Of a stretch of DNA of 64,000 nt, positions 22,971-36,595 are shown piece by piece; position 1 is the first letter of the stretch; the number at the start of each line of letters is the position of its first letter. The stretch is from Camelus dromedarius. Taxonomy: Eukaryota. The stretch covers positions 116,314,001-116,378,000 of the forward strand of contig NC_087437.1 of the NCBI RefSeq assembly GCF_036321535.1, in the 5' to 3' direction. The notes below the pieces were generated by a model that made no database searches, was not told the DNA's origin, and saw only the letters and a list, made by a program, of their open reading frames with translations. The position numbers and the translations under genes were made by a program.

Positions 22971-24849
22971 CCTAAGCCTGAAGTTTGGTTTTGGCAACTA
23001 TGTTGGTGTGGCCTAAAACAAGCCCACCTAAGGCTGAACCCTCAGAGAGGAAATGAAGCTGAGAGACAGAGTAAGACAGGTCACAAAGCCCCTGGAAGCA
23101 TCCTGCTGGAGGCCTAGCCCTGAACTTTCCAAATCTGTGTCCCTTACAGGTAAGAACACCCTTCCTGAGTCACCCCTCCGGGGGCCAGGACTCTCCTTCG
23201 TGGAAGCTTCAACAGCAATGATGAGACGATGACAAAAGACAAATACGTAAAAGGGGAGAATGCCAGTGATAAAGGGCCCGGAGGGAAGTACCCCTGGGGA
23301 GGTGGCATTATGCAGGAGGCTGAATTAGATGCGATCAGAGATGGCCTCGCCGAGATGCAAAGGACAAGAAGACGACTGCTTTGTGATGATCTGGAGAAAA
23401 AGTGCCCTGGGAATGGGACCTGCTCATGCAAAGGCTTGAACTTGGAAAAGGTGATGAGTTTGAGAAAGACGGAGAGTAGGGGGAGGGCCGAGTAATGAAA
23501 CTAGAGAAGGCCGCGGGGGTGAGCCCTGCGGAGCCTGCAGACCTGGCCAGGAGTTTGAGGTTCTATTTTCAACATGATAGGAAGCTTCTGGAATCCAGAA
23601 TCAGATGTCCCCTGCAGCTCCCTTGTGAGAAGGAACATTCTCAATTTGTATCCCTTTTAGACCAACTAGACATGAAAATATAAAGTTTGCAGTGTTTGGC
23701 GCTCCTTAAAAAATGTAATTGCAGGTGTGGTCATCAAATCCTCTCAGCTTCTTCACAAAGTCTCAAGCTCAGAGCCCCTCGAGCTTGGCTGTTTAGGCAC
23801 CTGTGCAGGAAAGAGGTCTCCGAAGAGCCAAGATTCAAGATTCGGCCTTCAAACAGCCTTCAAACGGGAGCACAGGGCACAGGCTTGTTACAAAAGATTC
23901 CCAGTACTGACCCCCAGGTCCGGCCAGTTCTGAGCAGCCTGGGGCACCGCAGAAAGGTGCTGGCTGAGGGGCTGGGGCAGGTGGAGGCGGACACGAGGTC
24001 AGGCCCTGTCCCCTGGCCCAGGGGCGTGTCACCCTGGGGAGGCCACATTGTTGTGAACCCTTCACCCAGAGGGTTTGGCTGCCCAAAGCGAGCGCCTTTT
24101 CTCATTTGCACAAAGGGGCCCTGTGTGCTGGTGGCAGCCCTGATGGCAGAAGGGACAGTTACCAGTGTCTTTTCTTCCTCTTTTTCCATATTAATAGAGC
24201 AATGAGTGCATCCTTCAGACTTCCTGCTGCTGGGCGCGCGCTGGGGGAGTGAGCACGCTTGCCACGTGTGCTTGGTCCCTCCTGTTCATCCCTTCCTCAC
24301 TGGCGCCAGCTGGCCTGCAGATGGCACTCAACCAAGGACGCGTGGCCCGATCCCCCCGCACACACTCAGGACCTGCTGGGAGGCATTAACTGGAGAAAAT
24401 TCAGGGAGTCAGAAGCAGAAGCGGGCGCGTGGGTCACCCGTGGACACATTGTCCCATGGCTGGCCGGCCATGGAGGGCTGGCAGGGCCTGGCACCAGGCT
24501 GCAGGAGAGGGACCCCTGCCCTTTGAGGGGCTTAAGCTTGTCTCTTCCAGCAGGACCTGGAGCCGGGATCCAAGAGCCGTAGGGGTGGCAGGGCTTTCCC
24601 TAGATCCCTGTCCCAGCAGCTCAGACTCACGTTTGGGGAGCACAGGTCCCTTTCCTGGCGAACCAGGGCTCGAAATCCAAACCTGGCAGGTGTAGTTTCT
24701 GTAACCTGGCAGGAAGGCCCTGATTTGCCACTGCCCGCGCTCAGCTGTCCCTGGCCTTCACGGAGCTTTGAGGGAGACCAGCTTGTGGGAAATCAGTCTC
24801 AGACCGGACGGCAGCCTGGGATGTCTTGTGTGCTCTTGGCAGTTATTCA

Positions 24850-25180
24850 AACACTTACCTAGGTATTACTGTAAGGTGTCTTGTGGACGTGCTTGACAGC
24901 CATAGTCTGCTCACTGTAAGGAAAGGAGATTGTCCCTGATAATCTGGGTGGGCCCCATCCAATCAGTTGAAAGACCTTAGGAGCGAAAGTGAGGAAGAAG
25001 AAATTCTGCCTGTGGACTGCCTGAGAGCTTCCATCCAGCTGACTCGCCCACTAGAGTTCAGCCTTGCCAGCCAGATGCCACGGCTGCAGAAGCCAATTCC
25101 CTGAAATACATGCACACGTACATTCATGTCTTCATTCATATCCAACTAGTTCTGTTTTTCTGGTAGAATCCTAGTGGATA
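24850..25180 (+). mobile_element. ERVL LTR (MLT2-like)
   Basis: gataatctgggtgggccccatccaatcagttgaaagacc...tagttctgtttttctggtagaatcct. Confidence 0.75.
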
Positions 25181-25840
25181 CATGGTCCAAGTCCAAGTTT
25201 TTGCTTTTCAGTGAATATTTTGGAGTTAGAGCCTTTAGTTAGAACATTTGACCAAAATAACCACACATGGTGGAACAAGAAGGTACAAAGATCCTGGATT
25301 TCTCGACATCATGGAGGCCACACCAGCCCCAGACTTTTGGATTTTGACGTGAAAGAGTAAACTTCTACCTTGATTAAGCCATTGCTCTTCTTCCATAGCC
25401 AAACTGAATCCTAAGTAACTATTATTTGACCAACAGAGAAGGAGCGAGAGCTTCCGAGAAGCTAAATACAATAACCAAGTTCAAACAGCCAGCACATTAG
25501 GTAGGACCCAGTGCATGCCTGTGGGGTTTGGAAACCCACACTGTTTCAGCTACAGTCTGCAAAACCCAGAATTTTAGGGTCCTAGGCTCCTGTAACCCCC
25601 CCCTTTTCATCTGTGGGAAAAGTATTTCTTTAAGCAATATTCTTTAGCCTCAGAAAACCAGAGAGTTGACACATAGCTTGTCGACAGAATGAGAGAAAAA
25701 TCAGACAAAGATATTTCAGAAGCAGAGGGATCACCAGGTCTGAGGTCAACCCAGGCTGTCTCAGCTCAGCCTCTCTTAAAGTCTAACGCAATAGGCTAGG
25801 TTGGGCAGAACCCATAGGCAGCAATCTTGAGAAAGCAAGT

Positions 25841-26310
25841 TGTATTAGTTATCTATTGCAGTATCATCAATTTCCCCAAAATGTAGTGGCTTGAAACAAC
25901 AAACATTTATTATTTCACATTTCTGTGCATTAGCAATTCAGAAGCAGCTTATTTGGGTGGTTCTGGCTCATAATCTTTCATGAAATTTTGTCAAAATGTT
26001 GACCATGAATGATGTCATCTGAAGACTTGATCGGGGATGGATGGTTGGCTATTGGCAGGAGGTCTGGGTTCCTTACCCATGAGCCTCTCCATAGGGCTGC
26101 TTGAGTGTCCTGACATGGAAGCTAGCTTCCCCAGAGTGAGTTATCCAAGAGGGAAGGCAAAGAGAAGGTCACAATGCCTTTTACCACCTAATCTCAGAAG
26201 CCACCCGCCATCGCCTCTGCTACTTTCTATTTATTAGCAGCAGATCATTAAGCCCAGCCTACACTCAAAAGATGGGGAATTAAGCTCTATCTCTTGAAGG
26301 CAGAAGACAT
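25841..26310 (-). mobile_element. MaLR LTR (MLT1 family)
   Basis: tgtattagttatctattgc...gtggcttgaaacaacaaacattta...cctctccatagggctgcttgagtgtcct. Confidence 0.75.
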
Positions 26311-26584
26311 AGAGGGGACCAGAGAGAGACAGAATGATGCACAGATATTCATCAACAGTAGCTAACCCCCAGAGAGCACTTGGTAGAGGAAGTAAAGCTT
26401 TCTGGGGAATACCGAAACTCATTGTACTGAGAGTGAACGTTCAGCCACCTCACCAGAGGAAACGGAGCATCCTTTGCCGGGAGCAGTCAGAGGGCAGCAC
26501 GTTCCGCAGTGCTGCTAAACGCTGCTCCAGCAGCGTGCTGCTGGTGGCTGTGAAGCTGTGGCTGTCTATGTGTTTGTCCTCTTT

Positions 26585-28260
26585 TTGACAGCATTTTAAA
26601 AGACATTTGTATCAGAAGATACATCATATGCACAGAACAGTGTTTAAAATAAATGGACAGAGCAAATAAAGAAATATCTCCCACAATGGAAAAAGAACAT
26701 TGCCAGGTTTTTAAAATACCTGAGTTTCCCTCCTTGACCCCATCCCTCTTCTTCTCACTGAGAGGAGATCACTATCTTGACCTTGAAATTATTAATCCCT
26801 TGTTTTCAGTCATTATTTGAACACCTCTGCATGATCTCTGAACAGTGTATTATTTGTCTTTGCCTGCTTTTGAAATCTAAACAAATGGAACCATATTGCC
26901 TGTGTTTTCCAGGTATTTGTTTCTTTGGTTCAATGTTAAATTTGTGAGTTTCTCTCATAGCTGTATATATTTCCATTAGGTGGACATACTGAAACTGGCT
27001 TATCTAATCTAATGTGGATGGATCCTTGGGCTGTTTCCAGTTGTTATTATTACAAGCATGCTTAGAGAGACATAGTGGTTCATGTGTCCTATCCCAGTGG
27101 ACTTGTGAAAGGTTCCTAGTTTCCTTCGGAATTTCCCTAACAAGATTTTGGGTGTACACTTCATCTGTTCTACAGTGAATGCCAAAGAATGCCGAACTGT
27201 TTTCCAAAGAGATTGTACCCAGTCTCTGCTACCCGCAGTGGTGCATGAGTGCTCCTTTTTTTTTTTTTTTTTTTTAACATCCTCACCATCATGGCTCATG
27301 ATTGGATTTTTTTAATATTTGCCAATACGGCAGGTATAAAATGGATATCATTTTGGTCTTAATTTACACATCCTCAATTACTATGAACTTGATCACTACC
27401 CATTCATTTATTGTCCATCATGTTTCCACTCTTGGGAAGTGAGCTATTCAATTATTTTACATTATTTTTCTGTTGTTCTTTTTCCCATTGATTTGTAAGT
27501 TACACATCCTGGATACTAGTGCTTTGCAGGTTATATGGGTTACAAATACCGTTTCCTGGAGGGTAGTTTGTCTTTTCACTCTCTTTAATGATATCTATTA
27601 AAATGAAAAGAAGTTCTTCATTTTAACACAGAAAATTTTATCAATATTTCTTTTATTTCTTGTAGTTTTTTGTCATGTTAAAAAATTCTTTTGCACCTCA
27701 AGGTCATGAAGATATTTTTCTGTAGGATCTTTGAAAATCTTTGTGCTTTTGCATTTTAAATTTTAGCCTTAACCAGATGTAACTGATTTTTGTGTGGTAT
27801 TATGTAACACTCCATTATATTTTTCCCAACATAGATTTCCATTTTAGCTCCATTTATTAAAAGGTGCATTCTCACTGCACTGATCTTCAGTATCATTTCT
27901 GATTATATTAGGTATCCATGTATGTGGATTTGTTTATGGACTTATCTTTTTTCCATTCATCTACTTTTCTCTTTCTGAGCCATCTCACCTTGTAATTCTT
28001 AATTACTAGAACTTTATTAAGATTTAGTATCTGGGAGGACAAAACCCGTAAGATATAGACTGTGTTTTCTTTAAGAATGTCTTGGTTAATCTGGGCCTCT
28101 GTATAAAGTTTTAAATTTGCTTGTACAGGTAAAAAGGAAAAAAAAACTGTTGGGGGTTTTTGATAGGGATTGCAGTCAATTTCTAGATTTTGCAAATAAT
28201 CGACATTTTCATAATACTGAATCATCAACTCCATGAACACGATTCTTCTCTTTCTTTTTT
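26585..28260 (-). mobile_element. Ancient degenerate LINE-1 (L1M class)
   Basis: AT-rich; decayed 3' UTR and ORF2 phrases; ORFs 27009..27299 (QSLWKTV) and 27908..28240 are degenerate ORF2-like. Confidence 0.75.
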
Positions 28261-29799
28261 TCTTTATCTATAGTTTATTACTATTCTTTTTGGCAGACAT
28301 CTTGCTTTGTCCATAATATTGACATCTTGTCTTGAATCATACAAGAATTTTAAATGTTTTACTTACTTACTGTTTTCCCTTCCTACCAGTTTCCTCCTGT
28401 CTTATCCAGATTCCTACCATCATATGAATAATAATTCATGAATAATTGGTGCCCAGCCTATGGTTTTACTCCTAATTCAGCTTTCTTTGACAGGCAGAAC
28501 ACCACAGCGGCTGCACATAGAAACTTTGGAGTCAGACTTTCATTCGGATCCTGTCCCTGCCACTTAACAGCCATGTGAACTTGGATTAAATGACCTTAAC
28601 AAGTGCTCGGTCTTCCCTGAGTGAGTGATTTAGAACATGTTAGTGTTTTCTTCTTAATTGGAATAAGGCCACTACACTGTGAGCACAGACCAGACAATGT
28701 AGGTTTGAAACCCAGTGACCACCCCACAGTCACTCTTGCTCTCTCCCCACCCCTTCCGGTCCCTCCCACAGGAAGAGGCGGGACTTACCCTGCTGGAAAT
28801 CGATTCTGGTCACTCTCTCCCTGGGTATCACCCTCTTTGGAGAAGGTGAGTAACTCCGAGCTCTGCCCACCTCCTGCCACGTTCTTGGAATATCCTGGCC
28901 TTCTAGTCAAGAGACCTTACCAAATGGTTTCCTAACTTCCAGCCCAAATTGTTTCTTACATATTTAACTTCTGCTCCCATGCTTTCCATAGCATCTTAAG
29001 TGGAAAGCCAGCCTTGGCTCCCAGGCTCGGCTCCCAGCCTCCGAGGCCTGCTGGGAGGTGGAAACGGTGAGTCTGGAGCTGGGCTGAGGCTCCCTGGGGC
29101 AGCCCTTACTCTTCCAGCTGAGCCGTGACTAATGCTGAGCAGGCTGTGACCAACAACCCCCACGATGTGTGCCTTTATGGGAGAGTGTTGCAGTGGGGCG
29201 GTCTTCCTCTTAAGTGAGAAAACGTGGAGGGGAAGTTCAGCAGTCCCACCAGCCAGCTGCCTCTCCCCATTCACCAGGGCCCTGTGGTGTTGAACTGATA
29301 TGATGGATTTTAACCTCCAAGCAAAGTGAGCTCAATTCAATCTGGAGACAGAGTCACAGGACAAGCAGATTTGGGGGGCTTCTAGTGGCTATATAGTGTT
29401 TAACCCCCAAATGTGCTCCTGCCCTTAGGACTAAGTGATACTGGCCAAGAGTGGGGTTTCCAAGCCATCACACATTTCAGACCATTTTTCATGATCTTCC
29501 ATGTACATATATGACACCTTATCATCTTCATCATTTTACAGAATACAAATTACATCCAATTAGTCCACCTACCAAGTGCTGCTAAATATCTGGTGAAGAG
29601 TCACATGGTCTGTCCTTGAGCACATCCACATCCAGCTACTCCTGGGCAAAGGATTGGCCATTCCATGTGGAGCTCCTCTGTCAAAAAGTTCTTCCTTGAG
29701 TTTGGCCAACGGGCATCCCTGCTGAGTCCACCTTTGGCCTCAACAGTTACCTTTCCAGATGTTCATTCATCTCACAGCTGAGGGCATGATGGACAGCTT

Positions 29800-31300
29800 A
29801 ATCCTGCCATTCACTGTGCTTGGGTCCTGGATGGACGGACCATAAATGTAATCCTGCTTCCAATAGATACACTGGGCAGTCCCTTCGCCTGCTCTCCCAT
29901 GGCATAATCTTGGGTTCCCTCTTTCCCCTCATCTTTCTCTGCTGGGCTTGTTCTAGCTGGCCTGTGTGCCTCTGCAAATGTACGTCCAGAGTTGTGGGTG
30001 GCATCCATTCAAAACAGAATAAATAAGTTCTCTTTCACAATCTATTTTTTTTTTAATGGAACCTACTTTTGGGCAATCACATCTCTTTCCCAAGTCCTGT
30101 CAATATGAGATGACATAGCTTAAGATTAAGAATAGAGGTTTGGAAGTCAGTCCTGGGACAAGCGTTAGCTCACTCTCTTACCTTGGGGGGCAGGTGAGCT
30201 AGGTAAATTGTTTCATCTGAGTGTCAGGATTTTTTAGTTTTAATTGGTATCCAGAGGGCAATTGGAAGGAGTAATGAGACAGTGCACCTGATGTGCTCAG
30301 CACAGTGCCTGCCCCTGCCCCTTAGCTCATTAAATATTGAATATTCCACATCATCACTGCTATCACCTGCAAAATCCGGAAGTGCTGTCCACCTGTGCTT
30401 TTGCTCAGTCCAGCTCTTAGGTGTGTTCAATGTGATGCAGATCCTAACATCACTAAGCTCCAGTAAGTTTGATTGATTTGACCCATCCCTTCAGCCTGCT
30501 CTTCAAAATGCTGAACTTATAATGTCACCTATTTTCCCCTTAGCCCACAGCATCTGGAGTTGTTGTCAGAGTACCTTCTATGTCTTCACTCTAGTAAGAT
30601 ATCAATAAATAAGGTCAAGGGCAGAGGCCTGGAGTCTGTCCCTGGGACCTCTTTTCCAGGTGCATCTCGATCTTTTTTAATCAGTACTCATTGGCTGTGC
30701 TCACTCAATCAGTCATGACTTTGTACAATCTCAAAACTGCCTTATGAAGTTTATTCTGGCTACCATTTTTTTTATTATTTTCTTTAGGGAATGTGCTGTG
30801 TGTCTATGAATCATGAAAAACTCCTATTTTTTTTCATCAAGTTCTTATGTTTAACATGCTGCCTTCCTGAGTCTGTAAGTCAGCATGTTCTGACACAAAT
30901 GATAAGCAAATGATTATTGCCTTGCCAGAATAATATCTTGTAAAAGCTTTTTATGAGAGAACAAATGAAAGGATCTCACTTTATAAAATTAATTTGAAAT
31001 AGAAAAATTGTAATTTAGATGAGTTTGCGCAGTTATTTCTATATAGAATGAAGTTGGGCTGCTTCTTCCATAGACTCCAAAAAATATATAAATACTATTA
31101 AAAAGTTAGCACTTGCCCTTACATTTTCAACATAAAGGTTTTCAGACTGGCCAGATTTTAGACTTGTTCAGAGAAGTCCACATTGCCAGTGGAAGAGGAA
31201 GCCATGGAGACCAGGACTTCAGGCTTATAGTGCTGCTGAGTCAAGGCTGGCATTTGGAGCAATGTGTGTTTTAAAAAGGTTTGATTGGCCAGAGGATTTT
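29800..31300 (-). mobile_element. Probable CR1/L3 ancient LINE remnants
   Basis: Scattered phrases resembling L3 (ggtcaagggcagaggcctgg..., ccagattttagacttgttcagag); highly degenerate. Confidence 0.4.
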
Positions 31301-31336
31301 AGAAAATGCTAGAAGACAGGCAGTATATCCATGGTA

Positions 31337-31963
31337 TGTAGGCAGAATTCTAAGATGGCACGTAAGTTTTCCATCCCTTGGAGTACATGCCCTACAGAAT
31401 CCTCTCTGCTTGAGTGTGAGCAGGACCTTTGACTGTGATGGGTTCTCATCCCATGATTTAGTTATGTTATCTGAATTTTGCAGATATAGTTAAGGCCCTT
31501 AATCACTAGACACTGAATGAATAAAAAAGATTATCCTCGGCCTGACCTAGTCAAGTGAGCACTTAAAAGAAGTCAGAGATTTGAAAGGAGAGAGGTTCTC
31601 CTGCTGGCCTTGAAGGAGCCACTGCCTTGCTGTGGAGAGGGCCACGTCGCAAGGACCTCTAGTGGCCTCTAAGACTTGAGAGTGGCTCCTGGTGATGGCT
31701 GGTAAGGAAAAAGGACTTCAGTCCTACAACTGCAAGGAACTAAATTCTGCCAGCAACCAGGGAGCTTGGAAAAGGACCCCATCCTCAGATAAGATCACAG
31801 TCCTGACTGGTTCCTTGACTTCAGCCTGGTGAGACTGTGATCAGAGGACCCAGCTAAACTGTGCCTGGACTCCTGACCTGGGAACTGCGAGATAACAGAT
31901 GCGTGTTGTTTCCAGCTGCTGAGTTTATGGTAATTTGTTACACAGCAGTAGATAACTAACACA
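31337..31963 (+). mobile_element. MaLR LTR (MLT1E-like)
   Basis: Starts tgtaggcagaattctaagatggc; ends gtttatggtaatttgttacacagcagtagataactaacaca. Confidence 0.8.
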
Positions 31964-32159
31964 CATGGAAGCGAGTAAACAGTAGGGAGGAGAGTTGCTC
32001 AGAAGAGCTGAGTCAGAAGCAACTCAGGATGATGCTTCCAGAGTACACTGGCTTCCCTGATGGTTGATTTTCATGTGGCCACGGAAGGAAAATGTTACAA
32101 GTTTGAGATTTCACACTGAACGCTCCACACACAGACACAGATTATCTTTTCCTCCGTTG

Positions 32160-32342
32160 CAGTGGTTCCCAAACTTCAGCTTGCTTTTTGAATCACCTGT
32201 AAGGGTTGTTGGATCTGATGGCTGAGCCCCACCTCCAGAGTTTCTGATTCAGCAGGTCTGCAGTGGGTCCGAAGACTTTGCAGACTTCACAAGTTCCCAG
32301 GGGAGGCTGCTTCCGGCCCTGGGGCCCTACCCTGAGAACTGC
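32160..32342 (+). mobile_element. MER5-like hAT DNA transposon
   Basis: cagtggttcccaaactt...ccccacctccagagtttctgattcagcaggtct...tgagaactgctg; similar remnants near 6310-6450, 12000-12160 and 57480-57760. Confidence 0.75.
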
Positions 32343-32489
32343 TGCTCTATGATAAATGAGGAGGTTTTAGTTATTTCTAACATTTGGTTTCTATATCCAA
32401 TCTTTTCCCCATGTGACATGGAAACATTTCACCAAGATTTTTTCATACAAATTAAGTTTTTTTGCATCTGATTATGACTTCAAGAAGTT

Positions 32490-32624
32490 TATTTTTTATT
32501 TTTTTGGGGGGGCAGGTAATTAGGTTTATTTATCTATTTACTTATAAATGGAGGTACTGGGGATTGAACCCAGGACCTTGCACATGCTAAGCAGGTACTC
32601 TACCACTGAGCTATTACCTCCCCC
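32490..32624 (-). mobile_element. tRNA-derived SINE (Vic-1-like)
   Basis: Reverse complement of the same family (ggtaattaggtttat...ggggattgaacccagg...ctgagcta). Confidence 0.88.
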
Positions 32625-34659
32625 ATTTTTTAAACCAAGGTTAAGATAAAAAGAAGGAACAAAACTTGAGACACCTTTGAGTAGCCCAAAGTGTTTTTCA
32701 TTCTCTGAGTAGTCATCTCAGAACTCCCATTTGGGTGGAACAATGAAAAAACAGTTAAACCAGATTAAAAAAAAAAAAACAGGTTACAGGTCCCACGTGG
32801 GGGCCTGTGGGACCTCCATGTTCTCCCATTTGCCATCACTGCCCCACATCCCGGGTGTTAGTGGTCCCTGCTGCATCCCCCATCTATCCGGGCCCTCATT
32901 CCCAGGTGGCAGGGGCTGCAGCAGCACAGAGGTGCCCCGGGGAGCAGAAAGTCCTCTCCTGCACCAGTCCTGACAAATCACTTCATCATGAACCCCTCTG
33001 ACTCATAGCAAGGAAATCAAACTGGGAGCAAAAATGAAGTCTTAATTGAGATTTAGGGATCTGCAGAGATCCCACCAAGTACAAAGCCCCCATGACTGTT
33101 TAAAACAAGAAAAGAGGGAAGATCCCTTGCCAGTAGAAGTGATTCTGCCGGGATCATGGTGAGTGTACGTCAGGGCAAAACGGGAAAAGCAGAGAGAAAA
33201 AGGTTCTTCATATGATTATGAACAGCAACTGGAGAGTGCTCTGGAATGCAACTATGCAGGAGCAGAGAAGGAACGTTATTTTAGGATGTAATTGAAGAAT
33301 TATTTATTTGGGAGAGCTCAGCATTAGCATGTTATCCAAAATGATCCCAGTTGCTCATGCTTGTCATAAAGTTTGCTAATAATCCGGATACAGGGGCGGG
33401 GGGCAGTTGGGGAACCTAACTGAAAACATCTGTGAAAACTGAATATGAGACTCAGTGTCTTGTTTATATTAATTCGCCCACGATACAATCCTGAAAGAGT
33501 GGAATTGAGTGATTATCCGAGTAAATGTCTATTTATATGCAGAAAGTAGGTGTGCTTTGACTTTGTACTCAAAATAAAAATGACTGATCTCTTCCATCAG
33601 AACAGTGCAGGCGTCCCAGCTGCCAGCTTCTATGTTTTTATTTATTTACTTATCTCCCCTAAGGAGATCCAGGCACTTTGTGGACCTTTCCCAAGCTGCT
33701 GGAACTGATTGATGGTTGGACTTCTTTTAATCCAAGTAATGCCGAGTGTCTGCAGCTTTGGTAATCGGATCCTACGGACTTGAAAGACCACTGCCAAAAT
33801 ACCCAGAGCACAGAGGTTTGGCAACTTCATTTAATCATCGCAGAAGGATTACAGAGTGCAAAACAAGCCCCCAGACGGCAATGAGATGGGCCAAGTCAGA
33901 AACTGACTCAGGCTCAGGAGCTGCCCAGGTTTGCTCCCTCCCACGGCCTGGCCTCCCACCTCCTGAACCGCCTTCACCTCGGCCAAGGCTGGCATCGTTT
34001 GCGGTCCGTAGGAGAGAAGAGATGTCAAGGGGGATTGACTTTAGATCAGAGAAATAAACTGTGTCTGATACTATGTCAGGCTCAGAGCTGGTTAATCCGA
34101 CTCTGGTACCCAGATTTATCCTGGTGGGGAAGGGTGAGGCCACAGTCTACCTGGTGAGATCCTCTGACGGAGAAGCCAGGTCGCAGATTTAGAAGCTGTC
34201 CCTGGTCTGGCCAAAGTGAGAAATTGTAGCCACCCGTGATGTTTTATTCACCCACAACAATACAGTTGGCATTGAGAGCAATAACTTATTCACCATCCAA
34301 GGGTTGCTTTATGATCAGAGCAGGAATTAAGGGCGATTCATGACTGGGTGTGGATCTGGAATTTCTTAAGGACAACCTCAGCTTTCGAGGCCTTTTTCCA
34401 GTCTGGGCTTAAATCTGGAGGCTCCCATGTGAAATGTGGTCCTTCTGCTCCAGATGGGGTGAGGAATGAGAGCGGGCAGGAAGGCGCTGGAGAGACTGCG
34501 CCGTTTGGGTGCCAAACATCCCATTTGCTTGCCTCTCCCTTGCACGCACTCCCGGACCAAGGAAAACCCTAACACAAAACCCACAGCAAGCAGCCCACGT
34601 TTCTATTAGGCAACTTTAGTCACTAAAAAAGTGCAAATGCAGACTCCCGTGTCGATCGG

Positions 34660-36074
34660 ATTTGCCGTGCGAGGCCAAGCTTATTTTATTACATACATTC
34701 TGCATTCTAAGAACTAATAACTTCATATTGTAAACATTAAGCATACAGAGTTAATGTTCAAGGCCACATTTTGATCATGGATTGTCTCTCTTGTGTATCT
34801 TTGGCTGGCCGAGATCAACTCGTAGTGTATAAATGCATAAGTTATATAATTATTATATAAAAAGGAAGAAAAAAAAAGACTCCATGGACTTGTAGACTTC
34901 ATTCTGACAAACGCACAGCGTTCGCGACTCAAAAGGAAAACTGGGGCCCCCCTAACCTCGATGCCTAGGTGATCTCGGCTTGTGGTCCCCAAGAAGGCTA
35001 GTTCTTACCTGACCCCCTGGAGAGCACTGCCCCCTCCTCCACCTAACCACGAGGTCCTGAATGTTTCGTTTAAATATCAGACAATTCCAGTTACAATTTT
35101 CTTTTGATAGACAAACAAACAAAAGAGATGCATAATTTTGCTTCTGAATTCTATGACTTCCCTTTCCTCCATCACGCCGGGTCCCTCCTCCTGACACTGG
35201 ATTTGGTATAAACTCTAACCGCCTTAAGCCTCAGGTCTCCATGACTCGTTCTCTGCAGAACCAGCCCTGTCCTGAGTCCCGTCTTTACCGCTTGAGAAGT
35301 TTCTTTCCCAGTCCTCACCTCTTCCTCCTCCGCTTTCTCCTCTCCCACCTCCTCCGGTCCTTTGTCTACATCCACACGCTCATCTCTCCGGACACATCCT
35401 CAGCCCCACCCTTTGGCTCAGAGTTCCTGTCTTATTGGAAAGGAGTCGGAAGCTTTGGGTCGTCTTCACAGTTGGAGAGAGCTGAGAGCTCTCCATCAAA
35501 TGGAATGAATCTGATTTCCCCCAAAAGGGCAAATGCCAATGAGTTCTGTTCCCATGTCTGTGGATGGGCCACTGTCTCTCTCTTTTCTTCTTCTTTTTTT
35601 TTTTCCTTCTATTTGTGATATGTTTCTCTTTTTAAATACAGGTAGTTTTCCTTAGAATGACATGAGAAATGGCATGTTCGGTCCAGACTGTGTGATCTCT
35701 GTTGCTTTACTTGAACCCCAGTTTGCACGAGCAGGATCCCAGAGTCCACTCTAAAGTCTCCACACGCCTTCAGAACATTTTCTGTGGCACTTAGTCCTTG
35801 TGACTTCATGCTTCTACTTACAATGTCTTTTACAAGGTTGGTCACAGATGATACGCCCTTGTGCATTACATTGGTAGCATCCTCTTGATTTTGGTAGCAA
35901 TACTTCAGTCATCCCCTCCCGCTAAGAGTCTTTGAACCTCTTCCCCGGCGTCCTCCCCCAGCCCCAGTCAAGCGTGGTCCTTCCTCTTGAGGCACTTCTG
36001 ATTCATGTTCTACAACAGAGTTTGTGGCAATTTATTGGTGATGCATGTGGTTGAGAAAGGCCTCTCTCGGGTCT
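34660..36074 (-). other. ERG: ERG 3' UTR to the proximal poly(A) signal (longer forms may extend further left)
   Basis: Repeat-free sequence after the stop; minus-strand AATAAA at 34685-34690; another AATAAATAAA near 33637-33646. Cleavage site estimated. Confidence 0.7.
34685..34690 (-). terminator. Candidate ERG proximal polyadenylation signal AATAAA
   Basis: Plus-strand tttatt; the minus strand reads TGTATGTAATAAAA, with UGUA motifs just upstream. Confidence 0.65.
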
Positions 36075-36595
36075 TTAGTAGTAAGTGCCCAGATGCGAAG
36101 GCATGTGGCTGGCTGGGAGCCTAGCGTTGGGGTAGATGCCTCCTGTGGGGGAATTCCAGTATGGGTTGGGGGCAGCAAAAAAACTGGACGACGTCACGGG
36201 TAGGGCCGGAGGGTGGGGGGCCACAAAGTTCATCTTCTGTGGGTGGGCGTGATAGGATCCCATGTAAGGGAGGTCCGAGGGGTACTTGTACAGGGAAGAC
36301 TCTGGAGGGTGGGGCTGCAGGGCCTGGGCGATGCCGTGGAAGTCAAACTTGTAGGCGTAGCGCTTCCCGTGGACTTTGGTCATGATGTTTTTGTCATAGT
36401 AGTAGCGGAGGGCCCGGCTGAGTTTATCATAGTTCATATTGGGTTTGCTTTTCCGTTCTCCCCAGCGCCGGGCCACCTCGTCCGGATCTGTCATCTTGAA
36501 CTCCCCGTTGGTGCCTTCCCAGGTGATGCAGTTGGAGTTTGAGCTGTCTGACAGGAGCTCCAGAAGAAACTGCCACAGCTGGATCTGCCCGCTCC
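36075..36595 (-). CDS. ERG: ERG terminal coding exon: ETS DNA-binding domain and C-terminal activation domain ending HLGTYY*
   Basis: [15 protein letters not shown]...[17 protein letters not shown] signature; ERG-type C-terminus rather than FLI1; acceptor cccag|GGAGC; stop TAA at 36077-36075. Confidence 0.99.

Noticed and set aside
23687..24695. Cluster of overlapping ORFs of 80-170 aa
   Set aside because: GC-rich DNA, mostly non-ATG starts, no recognisable domain or exon structure.
36075..36595. FLI1 or a processed ERG pseudogene
   Set aside because: Intact introns, ERG-type exons and C-terminus, and no disabling mutations.
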